64,000 nucleotides of DNA from an uncultured Chloroflexia bacterium (GTDB lineage Bacteria; Chloroflexota; Limnocylindria; Limnocylindrales; CSP1-4): NCBI GenBank assembly GCA_963707215.1, contig CAVPPB010000002.1, positions 96,001 through 160,000 of the forward strand, written 5' to 3'. This document shows positions 39,300-49,569 of this stretch, in pieces. Within the stretch, counting starts at the first letter, position 1. Every line of letters starts with the position of its first letter. A program made the position numbers and the translations under genes. The notes under the pieces are model-generated. The model did no database searches. It saw only the letters and a program-made list of their open reading frames with translations, and was not told the origin of the DNA.

Positions 39300-40744
39300 C
39301 CGTCGTCGAGCGGGCTGACACGGCGGCCCTCCCAGGCGAGCTGGCGGCAGCGCTGCGGGCGCGGCTCGCATCGGCGTCATCACCCGCCGTCCGGGCGGCG
39401 ACGATCCCGATCGACGCGGTCGATCCGATCGGTCTCTACGCCGCCGCCGTCGAACTGGGCCTCGAGGCCGCCCTCTGGTTCCGCCCGGCCGACGACCTCG
39501 CGCTCGTCGGCATCGGTCGGGCATGGTCGGTCGACGCCGATGGCCCGGGCCGGTTCGCGGCGGCCGACGCGGCCTGGCGGGACCTCGTCGCATCCTCGGG
39601 TCTGCTCGATACTGGGGACGAAGCCTGGGAGCTTCCGAGCGGTGTCGGTCCGGTCCTGCTCGGCGGACTCGGCTTCACGGGCCGTCCCCCTGCCGAGGCC
39701 GACGCGTGGGCACCGTTCGGGGCCGCCTCCCTGGTCCTGCCAGAGCTCGTCGCTTCCCGCGTCGCCGACGGTCACTGGCTGACCGGGGCGGCGAGCGATC
39801 CGTCGACCGCCGCGGAGCTCGTCCGCCGCTGGGAGCGCCTCGCCGCCCGGGCCCGTGAGCTGACGCCGGCCCCAGGCGGGCTGGTGGCCCGGCCGGTCGT
39901 GGCGCCCCTGTCGATCGTCGGCGAGCAGCCCGGTGCCGACGCCTGGACCCGATCGGTCGGCCTCTTCGCCGGGGCGGTCGGCCGGGGTCGGCTGGACAAG
40001 GTCGTCCTGGCTCGACGAGTGGACCTGGTCGCCCCGATCGAGCTCGACGTGGTGAACGCGCTGCGGCGGCTGGCGGCCAGCGCTCCCGAGAGCACGGTCT
40101 TCGCCTTCCGACGCGGCGACCGGACCTTCCTGGGCGCCACCCCGGAGCGGCTGGTCCGGACCGCGGGACGAGCCTTCCGGACCGTCGCCATCGCCGGTTC
40201 GACGGGGCGCGGGTCCGATGCCGCAGAGGATGCCGCTCTTGCTGCCGAGCTGCTGGCCTCGGACAAGGAGCGCGAGGAGCACGAGGTGGTCGTCGCCTCG
40301 ATCCGCGAGCGCCTCGGCCCCGTGGCCGAGCGACTCGACATCCAGCCCGAGCCCGGCGTCCTGGTCCTCCGGCACGTCCAGCACCTTGTTACCGAGATCG
40401 AAGGCGTCCTGCGCGAGCGCGAGAGCCTCCTGGCCCTGGCCGAGCGGCTCCACCCCACCCCGGCCGTCGGCGGTGAGCCGCGCGACCTGGCGCTCGCCCT
40501 CATCGACGAGCACGAGGGCTTCGACCGTGGCTGGTACGCCGGCCCCATCGGCTGGCTCGGTGCCGACGGCGACGGCGAGCTCATGGTCGCGCTCCGGAGC
40601 GGACTCGTGGAACGGACCCGGGCCATCCTCTTCGCCGGCTGTGGGATCGTGGCCGACTCCGATGCCGGTCGCGAGTGGGAGGAGTCGCGGATGAAGCTCC
40701 GGGCCGTCGCCTCGGCCCTGGGCCGACCGGGAGATGAGCCGTGA
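39296..40744 (+). CDS. menF: Isochorismate synthase
   Basis: KVVLAR, GATPERL, KEREEH, LHPTPAVGG, RGWYAG, AGCGIV. Confidence 0.93.
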   Translation: MTVVERADTAALPGELAAALRARLASASSPAVRAATIPIDAVDPIGLYAAAVELGLEAALWFRPADDLALVGIGRAWSVDADGPGRFAAADAAWRDLVASSGLLDTGDEAWELPSGVGPVLLGGLGFTGRPPAEADAWAPFGAASLVLPELVASRVADGHWLTGAASDPSTAAELVRRWERLAARARELTPAPGGLVARPVVAPLSIVGEQPGADAWTRSVGLFAGAVGRGRLDKVVLARRVDLVAPIELDVVNALRRLAASAPESTVFAFRRGDRTFLGATPERLVRTAGRAFRTVAIAGSTGRGSDAAEDAALAAELLASDKEREEHEVVVASIRERLGPVAERLDIQPEPGVLVLRHVQHLVTEIEGVLRERESLLALAERLHPTPAVGGEPRDLALALIDEHEGFDRGWYAGPIGWLGADGDGELMVALRSGLVERTRAILFAGCGIVADSDAGREWEESRMKLRAVASALGRPGDEP

Positions 40745-42531
40745 CGCCATCCGCCCCCATCCGGGCCTTCGTCGAGGAACTGGTCCGGGCCGGCGTCCGC
40801 GAGGCGGTCATCTGCCCGGGCTCCCGGTCCGCCCCGATGGCCCTTGCCCTCGCCGCTCACGAGGGACTCCGGGCCACGGTCCTGCTGGACGAGCGGTCGG
40901 CCGGCTACTTCGCCCTCGGCATGGCCCGAACCGCCGGTCGCCCCGTCCTGCTCCTGTCCACCTCCGGCACGGCCGCCGTGAACTTCGCCCCCGCCGTGGT
41001 CGAGGCGTCATCGGTGCGGGCCCCGCTCATCGTCGTGACGGCCGACCGGCCGGTCGAGCTGCGTGACCGCGGCGCCCCCCAGGCCATCGACCAGCGCGAC
41101 CTCTTCGGCCGGCACGCCAAGTGGTGGACCGAGCTGCCCGTCCCCGCGGATGACCCGGTGACGCTCGCACACCTGCGGTACGTCGCCGGGCGGGCGGTGG
41201 CGACCGCGTCCGCCGCCCCCGCCGGACCGGTCCATCTCGATGTGCCGTACCGTGAGCCGCTCGTTCCCGATGGTCCGCTGGGAGCGTGGCCGGAGCTGCC
41301 AGGGCGGTTCGTCGAGGTTGCCGCCGCGGGCCCTCGCCTCGACCCGGCCGTCGCGGCGGCGGTCGGCGCGCGGCTCGCTGCCCGGCCGCGGGGCCTCATC
41401 GTCGCCGGCCCGATCGATGCCGCCGGTCTCGCCGACGCGCTCGTCGAGCTCGCGGCGGCGACCGGCTACCCGATCCTGGCCGATCCGCTGTCGGGGCTCC
41501 GGGCGGGAGCCCACGACCGCTCCCTGGTCCTGGCCAGGGGCGACCAGCTGGTCCGGCCGGGGCCCTGGATCGACGCCCATCGGCCGGACCTGGTCGTCCG
41601 GTTCGGGGCCATGCCGACCTCGAAGCCGCTCGTCGAGCTGCTCGCCGGGGCAGCGCCGGAGCTGTACGTCGTGGATGGCGACGGCGGTTGGCGTGAGGCG
41701 GCGATGGTCCCGGCGACGTTCCTCCATGCCCACGAGATCGTGACGGCCCGTGATCTGGCGGCTGCCGTCGGCGCCGCTCGGGCCTCCGACGACGTTGCGG
41801 CCGAGCCGACCGACGATGGCTGGGGACGGGATTGGCTGGCCGCCGACACGGTGGCCGACCGCGTCATGACCTCCTGGCTGGCGAGCCTGGACGAGCCGTT
41901 CGAGGGCCTGCCGTTCGCGGTTCTCGCCGACGCTCTCCCCGACGGCTCTGTCGTCTGGGCCGGCAACTCCATGCCCGTCCGTGATCTCGACGGCTGGCTG
42001 CCATCCGTCCCGCGGGTCCTGCGACTGCTCTCGAACCGCGGGGCGAACGGCATCGACGGGGTCGTCTCGACGGCGCTCGGGTCGGCCGCGGTGGCCGACG
42101 GACCGGTCGTTCTCGTCGTCGGCGACGTCTCGCTCCTCCACGACCTGGGCGGGTTGGTCACCGCTCGCCTCACCGGGGTGGGCCTCACCATCGTCCTCGT
42201 GGCCAACGACGGCGGCGGGATCTTCTCGTTCCTGCCCCAGGCACGTACCGACGACCAGGCCGTCGGCCTGCCGGAGCGCTACGAGCTGCTGTTCGGCACC
42301 CCGCACGGCATCGAGATCGGCCCGCTCGTCGAGGCCCTGGGCCTCGAGCACCGCCGCGTCGACCGGGCCTCGCTGGCCGATGCGATCCGCGACTCCCTCG
42401 ATCGCCCCGGCCCATCCGTGCTCGAGCTGCGGACCGACCGGGCGCGCAATCTCGAGCTGCACCGGGCGGCGTCGGCCGCCGTCAGCGCCGCGCTCACCGA
42501 GCTGGTCGCGGCGACAGGAGGTACTCCATGA
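40741..42531 (+). CDS. menD: SEPHCHC synthase
   Basis: CPGSRSAP, DERSAG, TSGTA, GNSMPVRD, NRGANGIDG, GDVSLLHD. Confidence 0.96.
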   Translation: MTPSAPIRAFVEELVRAGVREAVICPGSRSAPMALALAAHEGLRATVLLDERSAGYFALGMARTAGRPVLLLSTSGTAAVNFAPAVVEASSVRAPLIVVTADRPVELRDRGAPQAIDQRDLFGRHAKWWTELPVPADDPVTLAHLRYVAGRAVATASAAPAGPVHLDVPYREPLVPDGPLGAWPELPGRFVEVAAAGPRLDPAVAAAVGARLAARPRGLIVAGPIDAAGLADALVELAAATGYPILADPLSGLRAGAHDRSLVLARGDQLVRPGPWIDAHRPDLVVRFGAMPTSKPLVELLAGAAPELYVVDGDGGWREAAMVPATFLHAHEIVTARDLAAAVGAARASDDVAAEPTDDGWGRDWLAADTVADRVMTSWLASLDEPFEGLPFAVLADALPDGSVVWAGNSMPVRDLDGWLPSVPRVLRLLSNRGANGIDGVVSTALGSAAVADGPVVLVVGDVSLLHDLGGLVTARLTGVGLTIVLVANDGGGIFSFLPQARTDDQAVGLPERYELLFGTPHGIEIGPLVEALGLEHRRVDRASLADAIRDSLDRPGPSVLELRTDRARNLELHRAASAAVSAALTELVAATGGTP

Positions 42532-43349
42532 CGAGGATGCTGGTCGACGGCGCTCGCTACGAGGTGCGGGAGGGTGGCCAGGGGCCGGCCGTGCTGTTCA
42601 TCCACGGCTTCACCGGTCGCGGCTCGAACTGGGCGCCCTTCCTCCGGGGCATCCGGCGGACGAACCGGGCGATCGTGGTCGACCTCCTGGGCCACGGCGA
42701 CTCCGATGCGCCCGCCGACCCGGCCCGCCACGCCCTGGAGCGCCAGGCGGCCGACCTGGCCGAGATCCTGCGGCGGCTCGACGCCGTCCCGGCCGCGATC
42801 GTCGGCTACTCCTTCGGGGCTCGCGTCGCTCTGCAGCTCGCGGTCGACCATCCCGACGCCGTCCGGATGCTCTTCCTCGCGAGCCCCTCGGCCGGGATCG
42901 CCGAGGCCCGGGAACGCGCCAGGCGCCGGACCGCCGAGCGGGAGCTGGTCCGCCACATCGAGGCCGACGGCCTGCCGGCGTTCATCGAGACGTGGGAGTC
43001 GGCCCCGCTCTTCGCTCCCGAGGGTCGCCTGCCGCCCGAGGTCCGGGATCGGATCCATGCCGGTCGCCTGCGGAACCGGCCGGAGGGCCTCATCGCCAGC
43101 CTGCTGGGCGCCGGCCAGGGCGTCATGACCCCGCTCCACGACCGGCTGGGCGAGATCAAGGTGCCGACCGTCATCCTCGCCGGGTCTGCCGACGAGACCG
43201 GGCTTGCCCGGGCCCGGGTCGTCAACGATGCGATCCCGCAGGCCCGCCTGATCGTGCTGCACGGCCACGGTCATGCCCCGCACCGTGAGGCCCCGGTCCT
43301 CTTCCGTGACCTCCTCATCGACCAGATCGCCACCTGGAGCGACGCATGA
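42528..43349 (+). CDS. menH: SHCHC synthase (alpha/beta hydrolase)
   Basis: HGFTG, DLLGHG, GYSFGAR, 'RERARRR'; lies between menD and menB. Confidence 0.85.
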   Translation: MTRMLVDGARYEVREGGQGPAVLFIHGFTGRGSNWAPFLRGIRRTNRAIVVDLLGHGDSDAPADPARHALERQAADLAEILRRLDAVPAAIVGYSFGARVALQLAVDHPDAVRMLFLASPSAGIAEARERARRRTAERELVRHIEADGLPAFIETWESAPLFAPEGRLPPEVRDRIHAGRLRNRPEGLIASLLGAGQGVMTPLHDRLGEIKVPTVILAGSADETGLARARVVNDAIPQARLIVLHGHGHAPHREAPVLFRDLLIDQIATWSDA

Positions 43350-44173
43350 CCGACGTCACCTGGACCCCGGTCGTCGAGTACGACGACATCCGCTACGAGC
43401 ACTCGGGCTCCGGCATCGCCAAGATCACCATCGACCGCCCGGAGGTCCGCAACGCCTTCCGCCCGGAGACGGTCCGGGAGCTGATCGACGCCTTCGCCCG
43501 GGTCCGCGACGACGCCACGGTCGGCTGCGTCCTGCTGACCGGCGCCGGCGACATGGCCTTCTGCTCCGGCGGCGACCAGCGCCACAAGAGCGACGCTGGC
43601 GGCTACGTCGGCGACGACGGGATCGCCCGGCTCAACGTCCTCGACCTCCAGCGCCAGATCCGCTCGTTGCCGGTGCCGGTCATCGCCCTTGTCAACGGCT
43701 TCGCGATCGGCGGCGGCCATGTCCTGCACGTCGTCTGCGACCTGTCGATCGCCTCGGAGAACGCGATCTTCGGCCAGGTCGGCCCGCGGGTCGGCAGCTT
43801 CGACGCCGGCTTCGGGATCGGCCTGCTGGCCCGCCTGGTCGGCGACAAGAAGGCCAAGGAGATCTGGTTCCTCTGCCGCCGCTATACGGCCCAGGAGGCG
43901 CTGGACATGGGCCTCGTGAACAAGGTCGTGCCCTTGGCCGAGCTCGAGGCCGAGGGCGTCGCCTGGGCCGACGAGATCCTGGCCATGAGTCCGACGGCCA
44001 TCCGCTTCCTCAAGTCCGCCTTCCTCGTCGCGACCGACGGCCTGGCCGGCCTCCAGGAGTTCGCCGGCAACGCGACCGGGCTCTACTACACGACCGAGGA
44101 AGCCCACGAGGGCTCGCGAGCGTTCCTGGAGAAGCGCCAGCCCGACTACCGACGCTACCCGCGTCGGCCCTGA
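43346..44173 (+). CDS. menB: 1,4-dihydroxy-2-naphthoyl-CoA synthase
   Basis: [27 protein letters not shown]. Confidence 0.97.
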   Translation: MTDVTWTPVVEYDDIRYEHSGSGIAKITIDRPEVRNAFRPETVRELIDAFARVRDDATVGCVLLTGAGDMAFCSGGDQRHKSDAGGYVGDDGIARLNVLDLQRQIRSLPVPVIALVNGFAIGGGHVLHVVCDLSIASENAIFGQVGPRVGSFDAGFGIGLLARLVGDKKAKEIWFLCRRYTAQEALDMGLVNKVVPLAELEAEGVAWADEILAMSPTAIRFLKSAFLVATDGLAGLQEFAGNATGLYYTTEEAHEGSRAFLEKRQPDYRRYPRRP

Positions 44174-44190
44174 CCCGCCTGCTCCAGCCC

Positions 44191-45177
44191 ATGTCGCAGC
44201 AGGGACCGGTACCCCAGGCCCCCGACCTGCCCACGCCCGACCGGCCTTCCGGGAGCGGGTCGGCCCCGCGGCGGCCCTCGGTGCTCGGCACCTGGTGGCT
44301 GGCCATCCGCCCGGCGACCCTGCCGGCCGCGGTCGCGCCGGTGGTCGTCGGCCTCGGCGCCGCCATCGGCCTGGACTACCCCTTCCGGCTGGACACCGCG
44401 CTGGGCTGCCTCGCGGTCGCCCTGCTCCTCCAGGTCGCTGCCAACCTCGCCAACGACCTCTCGGACTTCCGTCGAGGAGCCGACACCCCCGACCGGGTGG
44501 GCCCGACCCGCGTGGCGGCGTCCGGGCTCGTGACGACGCGGCGGCTCGAGATCGCCATCGCCGCGGTCATCGCCCTTGCCGGGCTGGTCGGTCTCTACCT
44601 GGTCTCGATCGGTGGGCTCGTGCTGCTGGCCCTCGGGATCCTCGCGGTGGTCTCAGCGCTCGCCTACACGGGCGGTCCCTGGCCCTACGGCTACCGCGGA
44701 CTCGGGGAGGTCTTCGTCTTCGTCTTCTTCGGCCTGGTCGCCGTCGTGGGGACGGCCTACCTCCAGGCGCTCGACCTCCGGCCGCTGTTCTGGCTCGCGG
44801 CCGTGCCCGTGGGAGCGCTGGTGACCGCGATCCTCGTCGTGAACAACCTCCGCGACGTACCGACCGACCGGGCCGCCGGCAAGCGGACCCTGGCTGTCAT
44901 CCTCGGTGACCGCTTTGCGAAGGCTGAGTACCTGGCGCTCCTCGCGGCGGGCCTGGTGGCCCCGGTCGTGATGATCCTGGCGGACCTGGCCGGATCGAGC
45001 GCTCTCCTGCCCCTCCTCGCCCTGCCGCTCGCCGTTCCGCCGACCCGGGAGGTCCTGGGTGTCACCGACGGCAGCGACCGACGGCGGCTCAACCCGGCGC
45101 TCCGGGCGACGGCCCGCCTGTCGCTGGCCTACGCCGGCCTGCTGGCGATCGGGCTGGCGGCTTCGGGGCTGACGTGA
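44191..45177 (+). CDS. menA: DHNA polyprenyltransferase
   Basis: RPATL, NLANDLSD...GAD, GLGE, NNLRD...D...GKRTL. Confidence 0.95.
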   Translation: MSQQGPVPQAPDLPTPDRPSGSGSAPRRPSVLGTWWLAIRPATLPAAVAPVVVGLGAAIGLDYPFRLDTALGCLAVALLLQVAANLANDLSDFRRGADTPDRVGPTRVAASGLVTTRRLEIAIAAVIALAGLVGLYLVSIGGLVLLALGILAVVSALAYTGGPWPYGYRGLGEVFVFVFFGLVAVVGTAYLQALDLRPLFWLAAVPVGALVTAILVVNNLRDVPTDRAAGKRTLAVILGDRFAKAEYLALLAAGLVAPVVMILADLAGSSALLPLLALPLAVPPTREVLGVTDGSDRRRLNPALRATARLSLAYAGLLAIGLAASGLT

Positions 45178-46349
45178 CCGGCCGTCCCAGGCCGTCCACC
45201 GCCGCGGCGGGGGGCCTTCCCATCGAGATCGTGGCTGCGACGGCCGACCGGCTGGCGATCCCCTTCCGTCGCCCCTTCTCGACCGCTGCCGGGACGTGGC
45301 GAAGGCGCGACACCTGGCTGCTGCGCCTCCGCGACTCGACCGGTCGCGAGGGGCTCGGCGAGGCCTGCCTGGACCCGTCCGCCGGTCCCGACGATCTGGA
45401 GCCGCTGGCCGAGCTCGTCCGGGCCGCGACCGCCGATCTGCTCTCGCCGGGAGGCCCGGACCGCTGGGCGGCCGGCGGAGACGACGGTGCCCCGCGTGCG
45501 GCCGTGGCCGCCGCGGTCGCATCGGCGCTCGTCGACCTGGGGTCGCCGCGAGCCGGCTCGTGGGGCGCGGGCGTCCAGGCGATCGAGTCCGTGCCCGTCA
45601 ACGCGACGATCGCCACCGAGGACCCGGAGGAGACCGTGAGGGCGGCGGTGGAGGCCGTGGCGGCGGGATTCGGCAGCATCAAGCTCAAGGGCGGCACCGA
45701 GCGTTCCACCTCCGACCTCGTCGAGCGCCTGCGGGCTATCCGGGGGGCGGTCGGGCCGGACATCGAGCTTCGCCTCGACGTCAACGGGGCCTGGGACGCG
45801 GGCGTCGCCCGGGAGCGGCTCGCCGCCCTCGGCGATGTCGCCCTCGCTTACGTCGAGCAGCCGATCGCCCCGGGCGACCCGGCCGATCTCGCCGCGCTAC
45901 GCGCCGATTCGTCCGTGGCGATCGCGGCCGATGAATTGGTCACCTCGATCCAGGCCGCCCGGGACCTCATCCGGACCTGTGCAGCGGACGTCCTGGTGGT
46001 CAAGCCGACGCGGGTAGGCGGGATCGACCGCGCCGTGGAGATCGCCCAGGACGCCGCAGCCGCCGGCGTCCCGGTCGTCGTCTCGACCCTGCTCGAGACC
46101 GGCGTCGGGCTGGCCGCCGCGCTCCGGGCGGCGGTCATCGCGACCGTTGCCTCCGGGTCCACAGGTGCCCCCCGTCCGCCGGCCCACGGGCTGGCCACCG
46201 CGGAGGTCCTCGTCGACGACCTGCTCCTGGTGCCGCTCGCGGTCGCCGGCGGGCGGATGACCGTGCCGGCCGGGCCGGGGCTGGGCGTGAAGGTGGATCG
46301 CAACGCGCTCGACCGCTGGTCGATCGAGCGGGTGGAGGCGATCCGATGA
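45174..46349 (+). CDS. menC: o-succinylbenzoate synthase
   Basis: VPVNA, KLK, RLDVNG, EQP, AADE, VVKPT enolase-superfamily motifs; operon context. Confidence 0.85.
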   Translation: MTGRPRPSTAAAGGLPIEIVAATADRLAIPFRRPFSTAAGTWRRRDTWLLRLRDSTGREGLGEACLDPSAGPDDLEPLAELVRAATADLLSPGGPDRWAAGGDDGAPRAAVAAAVASALVDLGSPRAGSWGAGVQAIESVPVNATIATEDPEETVRAAVEAVAAGFGSIKLKGGTERSTSDLVERLRAIRGAVGPDIELRLDVNGAWDAGVARERLAALGDVALAYVEQPIAPGDPADLAALRADSSVAIAADELVTSIQAARDLIRTCAADVLVVKPTRVGGIDRAVEIAQDAAAAGVPVVVSTLLETGVGLAAALRAAVIATVASGSTGAPRPPAHGLATAEVLVDDLLLVPLAVAGGRMTVPAGPGLGVKVDRNALDRWSIERVEAIR

Positions 46350-48718
46350 GCGGCGTGGCGGCCCCGCCGCCCTCCACCGATCCAGTGCACCGGAACGCCT
46401 CCCGGCGACCCCATGCGCCGGCCGTCCTCGCCGACCGCGAGATCTGGACGTGGTCCCAGCTCGACGCCCGCGCGGACACCGTCGCTGCGGCCGTCGCCGG
46501 GTACGGCGGTGCTCCAGGCGACCGGGTCGGCCTCATGGTCACCGCGTCGCCGCTCGGTGTGGCCGCTGTCCACGGCCTTCCCCGGGCCGCCGTCGTACCC
46601 GTCGTCGTCCATCCCCGGCTCGCCGGACCGGAGATCGCCGCGCTCCTGCGTATGGCCGGCTGTCGCCTGCTGGTGACCGACGACCCGACCGCCGAGCGGG
46701 TCCCGACGGGGGTGGCCCACGTGCCGCTCACCGAAGTCTCGGTCCAGGGAGGGCCAGCCTCGGTCGGGGTCGACGGTGCGTCATCGGCCGGCGAGCTCAT
46801 CGTCCCAACCTCCGGCACGACGGCACGTCCGAAGCTGGCCCGCCTGCCGCTCCGGGCGATCCGGGCCAGCGCGGAGGCCTGGAACGCGTTCCTCCCTCCG
46901 GCGACGGCCTGGCTCCTCTCGCTGGGTCTCGGTCACGTCGCCGGGATCGGCGTCGTCGCCCGGGCGGCGGCCGGCGCCGTGCCGGTCGTCGTGCCCCGGG
47001 ACGCGGCCAGCCGAGCGCTCCTCGAGGCGATCCAAGGCGCTCGGGCCCGGGGTGTCATCGTGAGCCATCTGTCGCTCGTCGCGACCCAGCTCGAGCGGCT
47101 CATCGGCCACGCCGGCTCCGCCGGCCTGCCGGAGGGGCTGCGGGCCGTCCTGGTCGGCGGCGGCCCGATCCCGGAGGAACTGGTCGTCCGGGCGCTCGAT
47201 GCCGGCTGGCCGATCGTGCCCACGTACGGGATGACCGAGACCGCGTCCGGGGTCGCCGCGCTGTTGCCGGAGGAGGCCCGCCGGTCTCCCTGGTCCGCGG
47301 GTCGGGCGCTGCCGGGGACGGAGCTCCGGGTCGACTGCGACGAGCCGTCTGGCGGACCCGCCCGGCCGGACGAGCCGGCGGAGATCATGGTCCGTGGTCC
47401 CTCCGTCTTCGCGGGGTACCTCGACGACCCCGAGGCGACGGCGGCGTCCCTGGGTCCCGACGGCTGGCTCCGGACCGGCGATCTCGGCGATCTCGATCCC
47501 GCTGGCCGTCTCCGGGTCGTGGACCGCCGCGACGACCTCATCGTGTCCGGCGGGGAGAACGTCGCCCCGGCCGAGGTGGAAGCGGCCCTGGCGTCCCATC
47601 CCGGGGTGCTCGAGGTCGGGGTCGTCGGTGCTCCGGACCCCGAGTGGGACCGGATCCCGGTCGCCTACGTCGTGCCCCGCCCCGGTGCGGCGCCGACGGA
47701 CGAGGAGCTGACGGCCCACGTCCGGCTGCGGCTGGCCCCGTACAAGGTGCCCGCCCGCTTCGTCCGGGTCGCCGAGCTGCCGCGCTCACCGTCCGGCAAG
47801 CTGCTCCGCCGCCGCCTGGCGAGCATGGTCGAGGCCCGATCGCCCGGTTCGACGCGGTCGCACGCCGTGACCGTCGACGACGGCCAGCGCATCGCGGTGA
47901 GGCTCGTACCGGGTCCCTCGGGGCCTGTCGACGGGCCGGCCGGCCGCCCCGTCGACTCCGGGCTTCCGGTCGTCCTCCTCCACGCGACGCTTTCGTCCAC
48001 GGCCCAGCTCCTGCCCCTCGCTCGGCGACTCAGCGAGACCACGGGGGTGGTCCTCGTGGACCGTCGTGGCAGCGGGGCGAGCCGGATGCCCGATCCGCGG
48101 CCGGTCCCGCTCGACCGCCATGTCGCCGACGTCGTGGGAGTCCTCGACGATCTCGGGCTTCGTCGCGTGGCGCTCGTCGGCCACAGCTTCGGTGGGGTCG
48201 TCGCCCTGGAGGTCGCGGCCCGCCACCCCGACCGGGTCGCTGCCGTCTTCGCCTGGGAGCCGCCCTACCTGCCCCTCGCGGACGGGGTGGCCCGGGCGGC
48301 GCTGGACGCCGTCGCCGACCGGGTCGCCGAGGCCTACGCGGAGGGTGGCTCGGAGGCTGCGGCCCGGACCTTCCTCGGCATCGTCGCCGGGCCCGCCGCC
48401 TGGGATCGTCTCCACCCGCGACAGCGGGCGGCCATCGCCGAGGGGGGCGCGGGCGCCCTGGCCGACGTTTCGATGGAGGGCCTGGATCCGGGTGGCCTCG
48501 CACGGATCGTGGCCCCGACGATCCTGGCGACGGGGTCCGCGAGCGAGCCGTTCTATGCTCCGATCGCCGACGCGCTGGCCGATCGCATCGGTCCGGCCAC
48601 CCGGATCGACCTCGACGGCCTCCGCCATCCCGCGCCCATCACCGACCCCGCCCGCGTCGCCGATCTCGTCATCGACCTCCTCGTGCGAGCGGCCGCCGCC
48701 AGGGAGTCCGACCAGTGA
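46346..48718 (+). CDS. menE: OSB-CoA ligase fused to a C-terminal alpha/beta hydrolase
   Basis: TSGTTARPK, YGMTET, GWLRTGDLG, SGKLLR; then LLHATLSS, DRRGSG, GHSFGG, LRHPAP. Confidence 0.88.
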   Translation: MSGVAAPPPSTDPVHRNASRRPHAPAVLADREIWTWSQLDARADTVAAAVAGYGGAPGDRVGLMVTASPLGVAAVHGLPRAAVVPVVVHPRLAGPEIAALLRMAGCRLLVTDDPTAERVPTGVAHVPLTEVSVQGGPASVGVDGASSAGELIVPTSGTTARPKLARLPLRAIRASAEAWNAFLPPATAWLLSLGLGHVAGIGVVARAAAGAVPVVVPRDAASRALLEAIQGARARGVIVSHLSLVATQLERLIGHAGSAGLPEGLRAVLVGGGPIPEELVVRALDAGWPIVPTYGMTETASGVAALLPEEARRSPWSAGRALPGTELRVDCDEPSGGPARPDEPAEIMVRGPSVFAGYLDDPEATAASLGPDGWLRTGDLGDLDPAGRLRVVDRRDDLIVSGGENVAPAEVEAALASHPGVLEVGVVGAPDPEWDRIPVAYVVPRPGAAPTDEELTAHVRLRLAPYKVPARFVRVAELPRSPSGKLLRRRLASMVEARSPGSTRSHAVTVDDGQRIAVRLVPGPSGPVDGPAGRPVDSGLPVVLLHATLSSTAQLLPLARRLSETTGVVLVDRRGSGASRMPDPRPVPLDRHVADVVGVLDDLGLRRVALVGHSFGGVVALEVAARHPDRVAAVFAWEPPYLPLADGVARAALDAVADRVAEAYAEGGSEAAARTFLGIVAGPAAWDRLHPRQRAAIAEGGAGALADVSMEGLDPGGLARIVAPTILATGSASEPFYAPIADALADRIGPATRIDLDGLRHPAPITDPARVADLVIDLLVRAAAARESDQ

Positions 48719-49488
48719 CCGAGCCCCAGCGCCCGCCATCCGAGCCGCACGACGTCGCCACCCCGTCGGGTCTCGCCTCCGAGCAGGGCAATGCCGCCTC
48801 GCAGCGCGAGGTCGGGGCGATGTTCGACCGGATATCCGGCGTCTACGACGTCATGAACGCCGTCATCAGCGGCTTCCAGGAACCCCGCTGGCGACATCGG
48901 GCGGTCGCCCTGACCGGTCTCGAGCCGGGTGGTACGGCCATCGACGTCGCGACCGGCACGGGCAAGGTGGCGCGCTCGCTCAAGGATCGTGTCGGCCCCG
49001 GGGGCCGCGTGCTCGGCGTCGACCTCGCGCCCCGGATGATCGACCGGGCCCGGGCGGCCTACGGGCGCCGCCCCGGGGTCGAGTTCCTGGTCGGCGACGC
49101 GATGCAGCTGCCCGCCCAGGATGCGACCTTCGACGCGGCCACCATCGCCTTCGGGATGCGCAACCTGCCCGACTACGGGCACGGATTCGCCGAGATGCGG
49201 CGCGTCGTCCGGCCGGGCGGGCGGGTCGTTTGCCTCGAGATCGCTCGGCCCGACCACCTGGTCGCCCGGCTCAGCCGGGTCTGGTTCGAGGGCGCCGTCC
49301 CGTTCCTGGGGCGACTGGCCGGCCAGGGCGACGCGTACGCCTACCTGGTCGAGAGCGTCCGCAACTACCCGCCGCCGGAGCGGATCGCCGCGATCATGGC
49401 GTCGGCCGGTCTCGTGGACGTGCGTTGGGTCCCGATGACCCTCGGGATGGTGACGATCCACGTCGGGACGCGTCCGCACGAGGGCTGA
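48715..49488 (+). CDS. menG: Demethylmenaquinone methyltransferase
   Basis: MFDRISGVYDVMN, DVATGTG, AFGMRN, YAYLVES; GTGA overlap with menE. Confidence 0.93.
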   Translation: MTEPQRPPSEPHDVATPSGLASEQGNAASQREVGAMFDRISGVYDVMNAVISGFQEPRWRHRAVALTGLEPGGTAIDVATGTGKVARSLKDRVGPGGRVLGVDLAPRMIDRARAAYGRRPGVEFLVGDAMQLPAQDATFDAATIAFGMRNLPDYGHGFAEMRRVVRPGGRVVCLEIARPDHLVARLSRVWFEGAVPFLGRLAGQGDAYAYLVESVRNYPPPERIAAIMASAGLVDVRWVPMTLGMVTIHVGTRPHEG

Positions 49489-49569
49489 AGCCCGGGAGGC
49501 GCCGGGACCGGCGAGCCCGGATGCCCGACGGGCCGCTCGTGTCGTTCGACCGTCTGGCACGATGGCGCC

